This document shows positions 47,724 to 58,352 of a stretch of 64,000 nt of DNA, in pieces. The translations under genes and the position numbers were made by a program. The notes under the pieces are model-generated. The model had not been told where the DNA came from. It searched no databases and worked only from the letters and a program-made list of their open reading frames with translations. Origin of the DNA: Spirochaetia bacterium (lineage in GTDB: Bacteria > Spirochaetota > Spirochaetia > UBA9216); contig OY776510.1 of NCBI GenBank assembly GCA_963675665.1, positions 960,001 through 1,024,000 on the forward strand, in the 5' to 3' direction. Every line of letters begins with the position of its first letter. Within the stretch, counting starts at the first letter, position 1.

Positions 47724-49295
47724 ATGACTGATCCGGAAAAGAAATACTTTATGGTTATAGATATAGGCTCAGGAAGCGGCCGTTCTGTTCTTTTTGATAC
47801 AGCAGGCAGCGTTGTAGCGTCTTCCCAACAGGAATGGCTGCCTGAAACCGATCCCCGGTATCCCAACTCACAGGATTTCGATACTGAAACTGCAAGAAAG
47901 GTGATTGCGTCAACAATAAAGGATGCTGTCGGGAAATCCGGAGTGTCGCCGAAAGATATTGAGGTGGTTACGGCGACCTCGATGCGTGAAGGGATGGTTC
48001 TTTACGACAAGGATAAGAAAGCTATATGGGCATGCACTAATGTAGATGCACGGGCTGATGAAGAAGTTATTGAAATGATTCAGGAAGGCCTTGCTGAAGA
48101 TATTTACAATGAAGGCGGCGACTGGCTGAATGTTATCAGCCCTGCAAGATTCCGCTGGATAAAGAAACACGAACCTGAAATCTATGAAAAAGTCCGCTAT
48201 GTCAACATGATAAGCGACTGGTATTTATTCATACTGTCAGGTCTTATTGTAACGGAACCTACAATTGGATCCAGTTCCGGAATATTTGATTTAAAAGAAC
48301 GGACCTGGTCAGACAATATTATCTCGAAGGCTAATCTGCCGAAAGGTATTTATCCGCCAGTTATTGAATCGGGAAATATTATAGGGGAGATTACAGCTGC
48401 TGCGGCCGTAGAAACCGGTTTGGCTCCGGGCACAAAGGTCGCTACAAGCGGCGCAGATACCCAGATGGCGCTTGTCGGCGCAGGGGCTGTAACCCCGGGT
48501 GTGTTTACTGTCTGCGCCGGAACATTCTGGCAGACTGCTCTTACAACGGATTATGCTCTGATAGATCCGGAATACCGGCTGCGCACCCTGTGTCACGCTG
48601 TTCCGGGAAAATGGATGACGGAAGGAATTGGTTTTTATCACGGATTCAGCATGCGATGGGTCAGAGACGCATTATGCCGGGAAGAAAAAGCTGCCGCTGA
48701 AAAGACCGGCGAAAGCGCTTTTACGCTGATGGAGCGGCTTGCGGAGAAGATACCGGCGGGATCAAACGGGGTGTATGCCACATTTTCAAACATCATGAAT
48801 TCTAAAAAATGGGTGCATTCGCCTCCCGCCTTAATCGGCTTCGATCTTCTCAACCCCGAGGCTACCGGAAAAGCAGCCGCGATACGCGCCGTCATGGAAG
48901 GGGCTGCATATGTAACACGGGGTCATCTTGAAATACTTCGTGAAATATCGAATATTGAATATGACAGAATTACACTGGTGGGGGGCGCTTCCAACGGCTT
49001 TCTATGGCCGCAGATAATTGCCGATGTTACAGGGGTTCCCGTCCGGATCCCAAAGGTCAAGGAGACCACGGCATTCGGAAGCTATATCTGCTGCAGAAAA
49101 GCCATAGGTGATTATGATTCATGGAACAAAGCTACAGAGGAAGCTGTTTCCTGGGAAAGAACTGTCGAGCCGGACAAGAATAACGTTGAGGCTTACAATC
49201 AGCACTTCGATAAATGGAAACGCGTGTACAGCTACATGGTTAAGTTATCAGAAGACAATATTCTTCCCGCGCTGTGGAAAGCCCCCGGTGTGTAA
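47724..49295 (+). CDS. lsrK: FGGY-family kinase, LsrK (AI-2 kinase)-like
   Basis: SMREG..WACTNVDARA, GTFWQ, MRWVRDALC, C-terminal LWKAPG match my recollection of LsrK; substrate unproven. Confidence 0.75.
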   Translation: MTDPEKKYFMVIDIGSGSGRSVLFDTAGSVVASSQQEWLPETDPRYPNSQDFDTETARKVIASTIKDAVGKSGVSPKDIEVVTATSMREGMVLYDKDKKAIWACTNVDARADEEVIEMIQEGLAEDIYNEGGDWLNVISPARFRWIKKHEPEIYEKVRYVNMISDWYLFILSGLIVTEPTIGSSSGIFDLKERTWSDNIISKANLPKGIYPPVIESGNIIGEITAAAAVETGLAPGTKVATSGADTQMALVGAGAVTPGVFTVCAGTFWQTALTTDYALIDPEYRLRTLCHAVPGKWMTEGIGFYHGFSMRWVRDALCREEKAAAEKTGESAFTLMERLAEKIPAGSNGVYATFSNIMNSKKWVHSPPALIGFDLLNPEATGKAAAIRAVMEGAAYVTRGHLEILREISNIEYDRITLVGGASNGFLWPQIIADVTGVPVRIPKVKETTAFGSYICCRKAIGDYDSWNKATEEAVSWERTVEPDKNNVEAYNQHFDKWKRVYSYMVKLSEDNILPALWKAPGV

Positions 49296-49337
49296 ACTGA
49301 AATATTATATAAGATGATGACCTGTCAGCAGCTTGCA

Positions 49338-49370
49338 GACGGATGAGGAGCTTGTTTCCTCATCCGTTTT
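49338..49370 (+). terminator. Intrinsic terminator of the ABC/kinase operon
   Basis: GACGGATGAGGA..TCCTCATCCGTTTT. Confidence 0.75.
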
Positions 49371-49422
49371 CAATATAAGCAACTTCTATGTTATCTCTAA
49401 ATAAAACATATCCGGAGAACCC

Positions 49423-50328
49423 ATGACAGTCATCGCCTTAGCATTGTTGTTTATTTCGTCAATTCTTCATGCAGGCTGGAATCTTTTTACGAAAGGCCGC
49501 AAGTTGGGGATTGATGTCTTTATGATTTCCTTCCTGTTCGGCAGTGTCGCTTTTTTGCCTTTAATTATTATTTTAAATTCGAGCAGCCTGTTCAGTTTAA
49601 TCACAAGGCGGTTTATTTTATATGTGCTTGTATCCTCTCTTTTTCAATCTGTTTATCATATAGCGCTTGTTAAAAGTTATGCGAAACAGGATTTGTCATT
49701 TGCCTACCCGTTGATTAGATCCTTGCCTGTTTTATTAATTGCTTTAATACAGTTGTTATTTTTTAAAGTGATGTTGAGCCCCTTTGTTTTTACGGGAATA
49801 TTTCTGATTATTACAGGATCCATACTTTTGCCTGTTCATAATTTATTTAATAAAAAAACTGTATTGAGAATAATCCATTCGTATCACATATATATTTTTC
49901 TTGCCGCATTCGGAACGGCAGGCTATACCCTTATTGATGCAAAAGCCCTGTCGTTAATGTCGGAACTGGTCCCGGAAAATCCGATTCTGATGAACGCTTT
50001 TATATGGTCTGCATTGCAGAGTCTTGTCGATTTTATATTTTTATTATTCTACATGCTTATAACAAAAAAAGACCTCAGTATTGTATTTAAGAAAATTGAT
50101 TGGCGTTTTGGGCTTTTTATAACCATTGTTATGAATTTAACGCATTTACTGGTTCTGGTTTCAATGTATTTTGTCAGGGATGTGAGCTATGTAGCTGCCT
50201 TCAGACAGATTAGCATACCTATGGGAGCTCTTTTCGGGTTTATTTTTTTGAAAGAAAAACCCCATAAATATCGGGTTATAGGAGTGACCTCCATTTTTAT
50301 GGGGCTCGTCCTTGTAGTTTTAACATAA
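49423..50328 (+). CDS. EamA/DMT-family transporter
   Basis: LHAGWN, DLSFAYPLIR, YTLID, VSYVAAFRQ..FLKE. Confidence 0.9.
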   Translation: MTVIALALLFISSILHAGWNLFTKGRKLGIDVFMISFLFGSVAFLPLIIILNSSSLFSLITRRFILYVLVSSLFQSVYHIALVKSYAKQDLSFAYPLIRSLPVLLIALIQLLFFKVMLSPFVFTGIFLIITGSILLPVHNLFNKKTVLRIIHSYHIYIFLAAFGTAGYTLIDAKALSLMSELVPENPILMNAFIWSALQSLVDFIFLLFYMLITKKDLSIVFKKIDWRFGLFITIVMNLTHLLVLVSMYFVRDVSYVAAFRQISIPMGALFGFIFLKEKPHKYRVIGVTSIFMGLVLVVLT

Positions 50329-50334
50329 ATTAAT

Positions 50335-50958
50335 TTATATCCAGCCGAGCGGAATAAAGACCAGAAGCATAACAAGATCCAGAAGGAACAGCCCTCCGAT
50401 GAATATCCGTCTCGGTTTCGGTTTTGCGTCATAACAGAGAAAAGCCGCCAGGAAGAAGGGAATATAAATAATTATCCAGACAGTCAGCATTCCCCACCAC
50501 GGGTATACCCAGTGAAAGATCGGAGAAGCCGCCAGCGGGACTTCGATCAGCGCTACGATAAATGCATTCAGTACAATAAAAAGGATCCTGTTATTTATAC
50601 CGAGGATTTTCATTTTTTTATCTTCGGGCAGCAGTTTTGACATGATGAGTCCGGCAACAGAAAACATGAAGCTGATTTCTATCCCCACTCCAATCAGAAT
50701 GACGAAAGCCGTTCCTCCGCTTGCCGTCCATAGCGCATGGCCGGAGAAATGCTGTATGAGCGAATTGACAATTTCAACAAACCAGTGCACGGCATAAAGG
50801 GCAAGCCCGGCGGCAATCTGGTTCCATTTTTTCTGTTCGATAGCTGTTCCGTATACATAGAGAACAAAAGCCAGGAATACAACAATATTCCAGTTAAGGT
50901 TTTTCAGACTTCTAACCACTTCCAGGGTCTGGGCTGTTATTTCAGGTTGATTCAGCAT
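50335..50958 (-). CDS. Hypothetical integral membrane protein
   Basis: 207 aa, about 6 TM segments, RBS GGAG. Confidence 0.7.
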   Translation of the reverse strand: MLNQPEITAQTLEVVRSLKNLNWNIVVFLAFVLYVYGTAIEQKKWNQIAAGLALYAVHWFVEIVNSLIQHFSGHALWTASGGTAFVILIGVGIEISFMFSVAGLIMSKLLPEDKKMKILGINNRILFIVLNAFIVALIEVPLAASPIFHWVYPWWGMLTVWIIIYIPFFLAAFLCYDAKPKPRRIFIGGLFLLDLVMLLVFIPLGWI

Positions 50959-51311
50959 ATCATCATCTCCTTTTTTTTATATTATACTCCGCCTTTAAAC
51001 GCTTTGTCCCTGTTTATTTTCCGGCCGGAGTAAGAAGAAATCCGTTTACCAGGAATTTTCCGCTTGATTAAAAAAAAGAGTTCCGGTTTGGTATCTGTTC
51101 TGACAGTATATCTGATTTAGGAAGCAGTATGCTCAAAGATTATTTAAGTCGGAGCCCGAACTGATCATTCAGGATGCACTTTGTTCATTGGATTCTATTA
51201 TGAACAAACTTTCCGTCAGAAAGTAATTGACCTGAGGAACTTTTTCATATATTAAATACTCACAATAATAGGTTATACTAATCATTGATATAAATTTATG
51301 AGGAAGATTCT

Positions 51312-52589
51312 ATGATGAATGCACAGTTAAAACTGGGAGATCGTAATTTTGAACTGCCTGTTGTAACGGGTTCAATGGGAGAACAGGCGGTAGATATTAC
51401 AAACCTGAGGAAAGAAAGCGGGTTTATCACCCTGGACAGCGGTTATCAGAACACAGGAAGCTGTAAAAGCTCCATTACGTTTATTGACGGCGACAAGGGA
51501 ATTCTGAAATATCGCGGTGTGGATATCCAGGAACTGGCTGAAAAGGCAAGATTCACCGAAGTGGCTTATTTTCTCATACACGGGAAATTTGCGAACAGGG
51601 AAGAACAGTCTGAATTTTCCCAGCAGCTCACCGAGAACTCAATGCTTCATGAAGATATGATAAAATTTTTTCATTCGGTTCCTCCTACAGCTCACCCCAT
51701 GTCCATTTTAAGTACCATGGTCAACGCCATGAGTATCTTTTATCCCCAGTATTTTGTTGATGAACAGGACAATACAGTATATAAACTGATGGCATCAAGA
51801 CTTATATCCAAAATCCGGACTATAGCCGCCTTTTCCTATAAACGATCAATTGGAGAACCTCTGGTTTATCCGCGCCATGATCTTCCTTACTGCAGTAATT
51901 TTCTTAATATGATGTTCGACAGCCCGGTCAAGCCCTATGTAATTGATCCTGAAACCGAAAGATTGCTCAATTTGATTCTGATCCTTCATGCTGATCATGA
52001 ACAGAACTGCAGTACTTCGACTGTTCGACTTGTCGGAAGTTCAAAGGTAAATCTTTACTCTTCAGTCTGCGCAGGTATCTGTGCGCTGTGGGGGCCGCTT
52101 CACGGCGGAGCAAACCAGGAAGTGATTGAAATGCTGGAACATATCAAAAGAGAAAACTTATCAGTGCAGACCGTTATCGAAAAATCCAAAGACAAGAACA
52201 GCGGGTTTAAACTTTCAGGATTCGGACACAGGGTTTACCGTAATTTCGACCCCAGGATGAAAATATTGAAACGGGAAGCGCAGTCCTTTCTCAGTAAAAG
52301 ATCGCTCGATGATCCTCTGATGAACATAGCGCTCGAGTTGGAAGAAGCCGCTTTAAAGGATGAGTATTTTATTGAACGAAAACTATACCCAAATGTGGAT
52401 TTTTATTCGGGAATTTTATACAGAGAAATGGGATTTCCTACTGAAATGTTTACTGTGCTTTTTGCCATGGGACGTATGCCCGGCTGGATAGCGCAGTGGA
52501 AAGAGATGCACGACAGTGTGCCGTTTAAAATTGGACGGCCCAGACAAATCTATATCGGACCTGCTGAAGCAAAATATCCGGAAAAATAA
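51312..52589 (+). CDS. gltA: Citrate synthase
   Basis: HADHEQNCST, GPLHGGAN, GFGHRVY, YPNVDFYSG, RPRQIY. Confidence 0.97.
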   Translation: MMNAQLKLGDRNFELPVVTGSMGEQAVDITNLRKESGFITLDSGYQNTGSCKSSITFIDGDKGILKYRGVDIQELAEKARFTEVAYFLIHGKFANREEQSEFSQQLTENSMLHEDMIKFFHSVPPTAHPMSILSTMVNAMSIFYPQYFVDEQDNTVYKLMASRLISKIRTIAAFSYKRSIGEPLVYPRHDLPYCSNFLNMMFDSPVKPYVIDPETERLLNLILILHADHEQNCSTSTVRLVGSSKVNLYSSVCAGICALWGPLHGGANQEVIEMLEHIKRENLSVQTVIEKSKDKNSGFKLSGFGHRVYRNFDPRMKILKREAQSFLSKRSLDDPLMNIALELEEAALKDEYFIERKLYPNVDFYSGILYREMGFPTEMFTVLFAMGRMPGWIAQWKEMHDSVPFKIGRPRQIYIGPAEAKYPEK

Positions 52590-52712
52590 AAAGCTGCTTC
52601 AGCAGATGTTCCGCCGTCAGTCCCGTTTACCGACTAAAAAATTGGGAAATTGTTTTGAAACGCTTCTGCTTCCCGGATTGACTTTTTTACGGTATTAGAG
52701 GAACATTCTTTT

Positions 52713-52958
52713 ATGGCTAAAATATTCGAATTCAAGAAACCGGAAGAACCAAAGAAAGATAAATCGTGTTCATGGTGTCAGCACAGGAATACACACCCTA
52801 TGGATCCGCCCTGCGACAAGTGCAAGTGGTACGATCGCGATACTGTTTTTGATTTGGAGGTTGTCGGAGAAGGTGTTGTGAAGGTCAGAAAAGAGGTTGA
52901 TCCCGATACCTTTGAAATAAGATTTATACCTGCTGAAGAGACTGATATCGATTTCTGA
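52713..52958 (+). CDS. Small Cys-rich hypothetical protein
   Basis: CSWC-x9-CDKC; RBS GAGG. Confidence 0.6.
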   Translation: MAKIFEFKKPEEPKKDKSCSWCQHRNTHPMDPPCDKCKWYDRDTVFDLEVVGEGVVKVRKEVDPDTFEIRFIPAEETDIDF

Positions 52959-53088
52959 ATTCCAGGGAATAAAACTGTACGTTATATCCATAGATGCAAT
53001 CAGGTATGCAGGCCTGGAGGTAATGAGTTATGGAAATAATGGAATATAGCAGGCTCATTAATCCGGAAAACCCCGGGGAAATAATAAA

Positions 53089-53910
53089 ATGATAAAAATT
53101 TATTATATGACAGGCACCGGTAATTCTCTAAAAATTGCAAAGGATATCGGAATTAAACTTGGAGATCACAAGCTGGTTTCCATGCCTCATTTGTTCAATA
53201 CCGATCAGGATGTTTTTATTGAAGGCGATATTATCGGGTTTGTTATCCCGGTTTATTTCGGAAGGCCGCCGGTTTTTTTTCAGGAATTTATCAGAAAGGC
53301 CGGCTTTGGGAAGATTTCATATATTTTTACAGTTGTTAACGGAGGAGGTTTGTTCGGCAGAACTCTTGATATTGTTGAGAGACTGCTTAAAAGAAAAGGG
53401 CAAAGGGTGAATGCGGGCTTTATAATCAGAATGCCCGGTACGCATCCGTACGTGCCGAGCATACATGGTAAGAGACCCGGCGAGCATTATAAAAAAGAAG
53501 CGGTTAAAACAGCTTTAATTGCGGAGATTGTAAGAAATAAGCAGAAATACAGAGAGAGACGGCCTTTCCGGATTATTGGCTCCATCTTCAGCTTTTTTGC
53601 ATTTGATACTCCTTATGATCTGTCGAAAAAACATTCAATGGATAATCATTTCTGGATAAATGACGGCTGCCGTAACTGCGGTCTGTGTATAAAGATTTGT
53701 CCGGTTAATAATATTATTCAGTCCAGATGGAAACCGGAATGGCAACATCGCTGCATTAATTGTTTATCCTGCTATCATCTATGTCCTTCGATGGGTATAG
53801 AACTTAAATATGACTGGAAAATGATTGATATAATTACATATGAAATGCTGAACTTTAGATACCTTCACCCGGATATTTCTCTTCAGGAATTAATGCATCC
53901 GGAATCCTGA
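53089..53910 (+). CDS. EFR1-family flavodoxin-ferredoxin fusion
   Basis: YMTGTGNS, FVIPVY, CRNCGLCIKICP, CINCLSCYHLCP. Confidence 0.9.
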   Translation: MIKIYYMTGTGNSLKIAKDIGIKLGDHKLVSMPHLFNTDQDVFIEGDIIGFVIPVYFGRPPVFFQEFIRKAGFGKISYIFTVVNGGGLFGRTLDIVERLLKRKGQRVNAGFIIRMPGTHPYVPSIHGKRPGEHYKKEAVKTALIAEIVRNKQKYRERRPFRIIGSIFSFFAFDTPYDLSKKHSMDNHFWINDGCRNCGLCIKICPVNNIIQSRWKPEWQHRCINCLSCYHLCPSMGIELKYDWKMIDIITYEMLNFRYLHPDISLQELMHPES

Positions 53911-53954
53911 TTTATTCAACCTGAAGTGAGACTGAATGATTCTGTTTTTACCGA

Positions 53955-54725
53955 TTATTTCAGCAGGACCGTTGCCGCGTTATATATATTCAGCATGATA
54001 ATTAAAATCACTATTATATCATAAATTCCGTGAATTACCTTTTTATTGAGTTTGCGGTTTAATTCGGATCCTATAAGGCCTCCGGCTATACCGCCGGGAA
54101 TCATAAAGATAAGCTTGTTTAAATCTATATAGGCTCCGAAGCCGGTTGTGGCCTGAATTGCCAACAGCTTTGCTCCCTGTGAAAACAATATAATAAGAAT
54201 TGAGATAACGGCGGCGTCTCTGATATCTATAGCGAGAAACATACATATTACTGCAACATTAATCGGCCCGCCGCCTATTCCCAGAAATGCCGCTATAGTC
54301 CCTAAAAGCAGCCCGATGACACCGGTAATAACCGGGTTCTCTATTTTCCAGTCAGGCAGTTTTTTTCTGAGAACAGCAGTGATCAGCAGGGCAATCAGGA
54401 TTAATGCCTGAAGTCCTTTAAGGTTTTCCGGCTCAAATCCGGCCGCCATGATGCCGAATAAATGTTTGCCGACAACTCCGCCGACTGCAGCCCCTATGAC
54501 AAGAAAGATTAAAATCCGTCGGATTCTAAATCCGGATATTATCTGCCTTATTGTTGATACAAGGGCCATTGAGAACACTGTTGCTGAAGACAGCACCGAA
54601 ATAGTATAGATGTTGTCCTGTCCGAGTGCGTCGAGGACCGGTTTTATTATAACCCCGCCGCCGAGACCGGCCATTGATCCGAATATTGTTGCGGTAAATG
54701 CAAGTATAAAATATATCAATCCCAT
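53955..54725 (-). CDS. Sulfite exporter TauE/SafE family protein
   Basis: GLGGGVIIKP and GIGGGPINV repeats, about 8 TM segments. Confidence 0.9.
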   Translation of the reverse strand: MGLIYFILAFTATIFGSMAGLGGGVIIKPVLDALGQDNIYTISVLSSATVFSMALVSTIRQIISGFRIRRILIFLVIGAAVGGVVGKHLFGIMAAGFEPENLKGLQALILIALLITAVLRKKLPDWKIENPVITGVIGLLLGTIAAFLGIGGGPINVAVICMFLAIDIRDAAVISILIILFSQGAKLLAIQATTGFGAYIDLNKLIFMIPGGIAGGLIGSELNRKLNKKVIHGIYDIIVILIIMLNIYNAATVLLK

Positions 54726-54982
54726 AATCCAAACAATAATAGAGTCATTTTCCCACTAAGAAAAGCTATATTATCCATATATAGTAAAATTTCAGTTCTT
54801 TTTCATTCAAAAAGATAATTTTTATAGTTACATACATAGAAACGTTAAAATTATTGGAAAGCTGCCTGGCTGTCGGCGAAAATGTAATTTTTTCCTGATG
54901 AATTAAATTTCACCCGTTCGGGTGATTCGATCCGTCATAAATCATTGTAGTATTCTTTATAATAATGATTAAGGAGAAAAGT

Positions 54983-55369
54983 ATGACAATTTCAGGAGTT
55001 ATCGGAATTTTACTTGGCGGAATCAACATTTTTATAATAGGTTCGGCTGTGAAAGGCAATAGTCTGGCGTTTTTTCAAAATGAAAAAAGTGTTTTTATAG
55101 TTGCTTTTATAATCTGTCTGGCTATGTGTTCTGTCGGAATAAACAATATGTTGGGAAATCATAGCTTCAGAATTGCCGGATTTATATCCGGCGGGATTAT
55201 TGGTATTATGCTTTTAGTCCTGTTTTTTTCAGTGGTTTCAGGAAGTATGTCGCCTATGTTCGGATCAGTACGAAACAGTCTGATAGCGTTGCTTGTTTTG
55301 ATGGCTGTTAAACTGACGATATCAACTGTTAATATAATTTATCTTGCAGTATCAGCAGGAGGCCGGTAA
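54983..55369 (+). CDS. Hypothetical 4-TM membrane protein
   Basis: ATG 54983 follows AAGGAG; TAATG coupling to the next gene. Confidence 0.65.
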   Translation: MTISGVIGILLGGINIFIIGSAVKGNSLAFFQNEKSVFIVAFIICLAMCSVGINNMLGNHSFRIAGFISGGIIGIMLLVLFFSVVSGSMSPMFGSVRNSLIALLVLMAVKLTISTVNIIYLAVSAGGR

Positions 55370-56133
55370 TGAATAAAAACATTACGATGTTCTATTTTTC
55401 AGGAACCGGAAATACAAGGCTGGTTGCTGAAGCCGCCAAAGAAGAGTTTATTTCACAGGGATATAATTGCATTCTTAAAGAATTAACAAGAGGAGTTAGC
55501 GCTCAGGATTTGCCGGAAAGCGAAATGCTGGGAATTGCGTTTCCGGTTTTCGGGTTAATGATTCCCGGGATTGTTAAAGATTTTTTAAAGGACCTTCCCG
55601 GGAATAAAGACGGAAAATGCTTTATAATCGCCAACGCTCATTCCAATTCGGGCTTAAGTATTAAGCAGGCTGAAAAATTGCTTTGTAAAAAGGGATATTC
55701 ACTGGCCGGTGCTGTCAGTACGCATACCCCCAGCAGTTCAATAATTACCGAGGATACCGAGCCTGAATTAAAAGCCGAAGAGATGCGGAAAACAGCCGTA
55801 AAAAAAGTGCAGCAATTTGTCGGAGATCTTGTTACCGGAAAAGCGGCTGTAGAAACCGCCAACGTCAGTTTTAAGGAAAAAATGGTATCAATACTTTTCA
55901 AATTTGCGATGCCGGGACCGGTAGTCAAAAGCGCCCATGTTAACAGGAATTGTACAGGCTGCGGGCTTTGTGAATCTTCATGCCCCGCGGGAAATATAAA
56001 ATTAAATAATGGAAAACCTTCCTGGGGAAAAGCCTGTGAAGTATGTATGCGCTGTATAAATCTGTGTCCCAATAACGCTATTGAGATGATGCAGTCAGCC
56101 GGAAGAATCAGATATAAAGGAGGACTTGTATGA
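55369..56133 (+). CDS. EFR1-family flavodoxin-ferredoxin fusion (second)
   Basis: YFSGTGNT, CTGCGLCESSCP, CEVCMRCINLCP. Confidence 0.9.
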   Translation: MNKNITMFYFSGTGNTRLVAEAAKEEFISQGYNCILKELTRGVSAQDLPESEMLGIAFPVFGLMIPGIVKDFLKDLPGNKDGKCFIIANAHSNSGLSIKQAEKLLCKKGYSLAGAVSTHTPSSSIITEDTEPELKAEEMRKTAVKKVQQFVGDLVTGKAAVETANVSFKEKMVSILFKFAMPGPVVKSAHVNRNCTGCGLCESSCPAGNIKLNNGKPSWGKACEVCMRCINLCPNNAIEMMQSAGRIRYKGGLV

Positions 56134-57233
56134 TAGTACTGACGGTTTTAGGATGGATTTTTACAGCGGTTTTAATATTGATGCTGGTTTCGATGGTAAT
56201 GCTCCATAAATGGCTTGCCGTCTTCTTGCTGATACTTCTGATCCTTATCATCATGCCGGCGACCTCCAATCTGGTAAAGACAAAGTTAAAAAGCAGGTTG
56301 TTTCCGATCATCAAAACGGTTGCAGTTCTTCTGTTATTATTTGCTTTTTCAAGAACACTTACAGACAGGGACGCCGTAAGTATTTATGCGGATAAAAGTG
56401 TTGAAGAAAAATTTATAACAATGTATGCCGAAAAAATGAAAGACTGGCCGGTGGATTATGAGGATATATTTCTTGAGACGGAATTTGGCAAAGTCCATGT
56501 GATTAAATGCGGAGACTGTTCCCTTCCGCCCCTTGTTCTTCTGCATGCATCAGGCGTTGCCGGTTGGTCCTGGAAACATAATGCGCAGGAACTTTCCCGG
56601 CATTACCAGCTGTTTGCGATTGATACTATCGGAGATGCGGGCCTGAGCGGTTACCATGATTTAACCAAACTGCTTAAAACAGGGAAAGATCTTGCAGATT
56701 TTTATACAACACTTTTTGATCTGCTGGGTATAGAAACAGCTGCAATAGCCGGAGCTTCAGAAGGCGGTTTTATCGGTACAAATATAGCGCTGTACAAACC
56801 GGAAAGGGTTGAAAAACTTGTTCTGGCAGGGCCGATGGGTTATTCCGGTGCGGGAAAAGCGGTTTTTAGAATTACTCTCGCACAGTTGTTTCCGCTGAGT
56901 ATTTTCCAGGAAAGTACTGAGCAATGGGCATTTGGTACCGACAGGAAGGTAAGAGATGATTTTGGGGAATGGTTCAAGCTTTTACTTTCTTCAACTGCTC
57001 CCAAAAAGGTCGCTCCTCTTGCTTTTTCATCGGAACAGCGGCAGAGTATTTCCGTGCCTGTTATGTTTATATTCGGCGAGCGAGATAATCTTGTCGGCAA
57101 TACCGAAGCTGCCGCAGCGCTTGTACAGAATATTCCGGATGTCAGGGTGGAAATTGTTGATACAGGGCACCTTGTAGCTGCGGAAAAGGCTGAAATTGTA
57201 AATCGTATGATAATAGACTATCTTGAGAATTGA
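56130..57233 (+). CDS. Membrane-anchored alpha/beta hydrolase
   Basis: PLVLLH, GASEGG nucleophile elbow, GERD, TGH. Confidence 0.9.
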   Translation: MIVLTVLGWIFTAVLILMLVSMVMLHKWLAVFLLILLILIIMPATSNLVKTKLKSRLFPIIKTVAVLLLLFAFSRTLTDRDAVSIYADKSVEEKFITMYAEKMKDWPVDYEDIFLETEFGKVHVIKCGDCSLPPLVLLHASGVAGWSWKHNAQELSRHYQLFAIDTIGDAGLSGYHDLTKLLKTGKDLADFYTTLFDLLGIETAAIAGASEGGFIGTNIALYKPERVEKLVLAGPMGYSGAGKAVFRITLAQLFPLSIFQESTEQWAFGTDRKVRDDFGEWFKLLLSSTAPKKVAPLAFSSEQRQSISVPVMFIFGERDNLVGNTEAAAALVQNIPDVRVEIVDTGHLVAAEKAEIVNRMIIDYLEN

Positions 57234-57245
57234 GCCGGCGGGATA

Positions 57246-58178
57246 CTAACACATCGCAAGAAGTTCGAAGCGGGAATTAATTTCCAGTTTCCTGTAAAGA
57301 TTATAAATGTGGTTATCAACGGTCTTGGTAGAGATGCATAATTTGCCGGCGATTTGTTTGTTTCCCATTCCCTCAACTATAAGCGGGACAACTTCTTTTT
57401 CCCGTTCCGTCAGGCCGTGCTTTTGACTGAATTCAAACAAAAATTCTTCTGAGGTTCGTACCGATTTTTCAAGCTGCGTAATTGCAATAAAGTATCGGCC
57501 GGAATAAACAATAACCAGGACAGCAAGCAGGAAATAATACAGGGGGAAAAAAATAACTTCAATGGGAAAGATATCAAAGTAGCTTCTGCCTATTGAATAG
57601 GTAATATCATGAAAGAACCCCGGTGTAAAAAGAAGGGTTAATAAACCGCAAAACATCAGCAGTCGACGAACTGAATTCTCTTTTATTTTACGAAAACCGG
57701 TAAGCAGCAGGAATACACAATAAATAATAATTACCAGCTGGCTTATCCCGGTTACAGCAAAGAGCGGTCCCAATGTTAAAGTTCCGGTTTGTATATTATA
57801 GGAACTTCCGGCAGGAAAATACTGAATGGAATTTAAGACGATATTGATGATAATCAATATCAGGTTTCGCCATTTTTCCTTTGAAACTTCCATTATCCTG
57901 TGGAGGGCGGCAGGAAATGCAGTAAACATGATAACCGAGAAAGGCACCGATATAAGTGTGAGAAGATAGTCCCCCAGGCTTAATACACTGGTAATGTTTA
58001 TGGCCCGGTACATAAGAACCAGGTCAATAATTATATCTACCGTCATGGCGGCAAAAAACAGGTGAAAATATAGAAGGTCTTTCCGGGGATTTTTGCGATA
58101 TACAATAAACAACAATACCAGTACGGCAATACCGCCGGAGACACAGAAGAAAAGATAGAAAGGGATAACATGTTCCAT
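57246..58178 (-). CDS. Membrane-bound LuxR-family regulator (about 7 TM + HTH)
   Basis: C-terminal LTEREKEV..GNKQIAGKLCISTKTVDNHIYNLYRK. Confidence 0.9.
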   Translation of the reverse strand: MEHVIPFYLFFCVSGGIAVLVLLFIVYRKNPRKDLLYFHLFFAAMTVDIIIDLVLMYRAINITSVLSLGDYLLTLISVPFSVIMFTAFPAALHRIMEVSKEKWRNLILIIINIVLNSIQYFPAGSSYNIQTGTLTLGPLFAVTGISQLVIIIYCVFLLLTGFRKIKENSVRRLLMFCGLLTLLFTPGFFHDITYSIGRSYFDIFPIEVIFFPLYYFLLAVLVIVYSGRYFIAITQLEKSVRTSEEFLFEFSQKHGLTEREKEVVPLIVEGMGNKQIAGKLCISTKTVDNHIYNLYRKLEINSRFELLAMC

Positions 58179-58309
58179 AAAATATTGCGTACCTTTAAAC
58201 CCATATAAAAATTTCAGGGTTTATTAATAATAGGGAGAGAAAAAAGAACTGTCAATTAAAAAAGGATATGAAGGGAGGGGCAGCAAGAATAAGTTTTTAA
58301 ATATAATCC

Positions 58310-58340
58310 CTCCCGGCAGTCGAATTTCGGCTGCCGGGAG
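58310..58340 (-). terminator. Hairpin after the serine hydrolase gene
   Basis: CTCCCGGCAGTCGAA-T-TTCGGCTGCCGGGAG. Confidence 0.65.
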
Positions 58341-58352
58341 ATATGTGAATTA

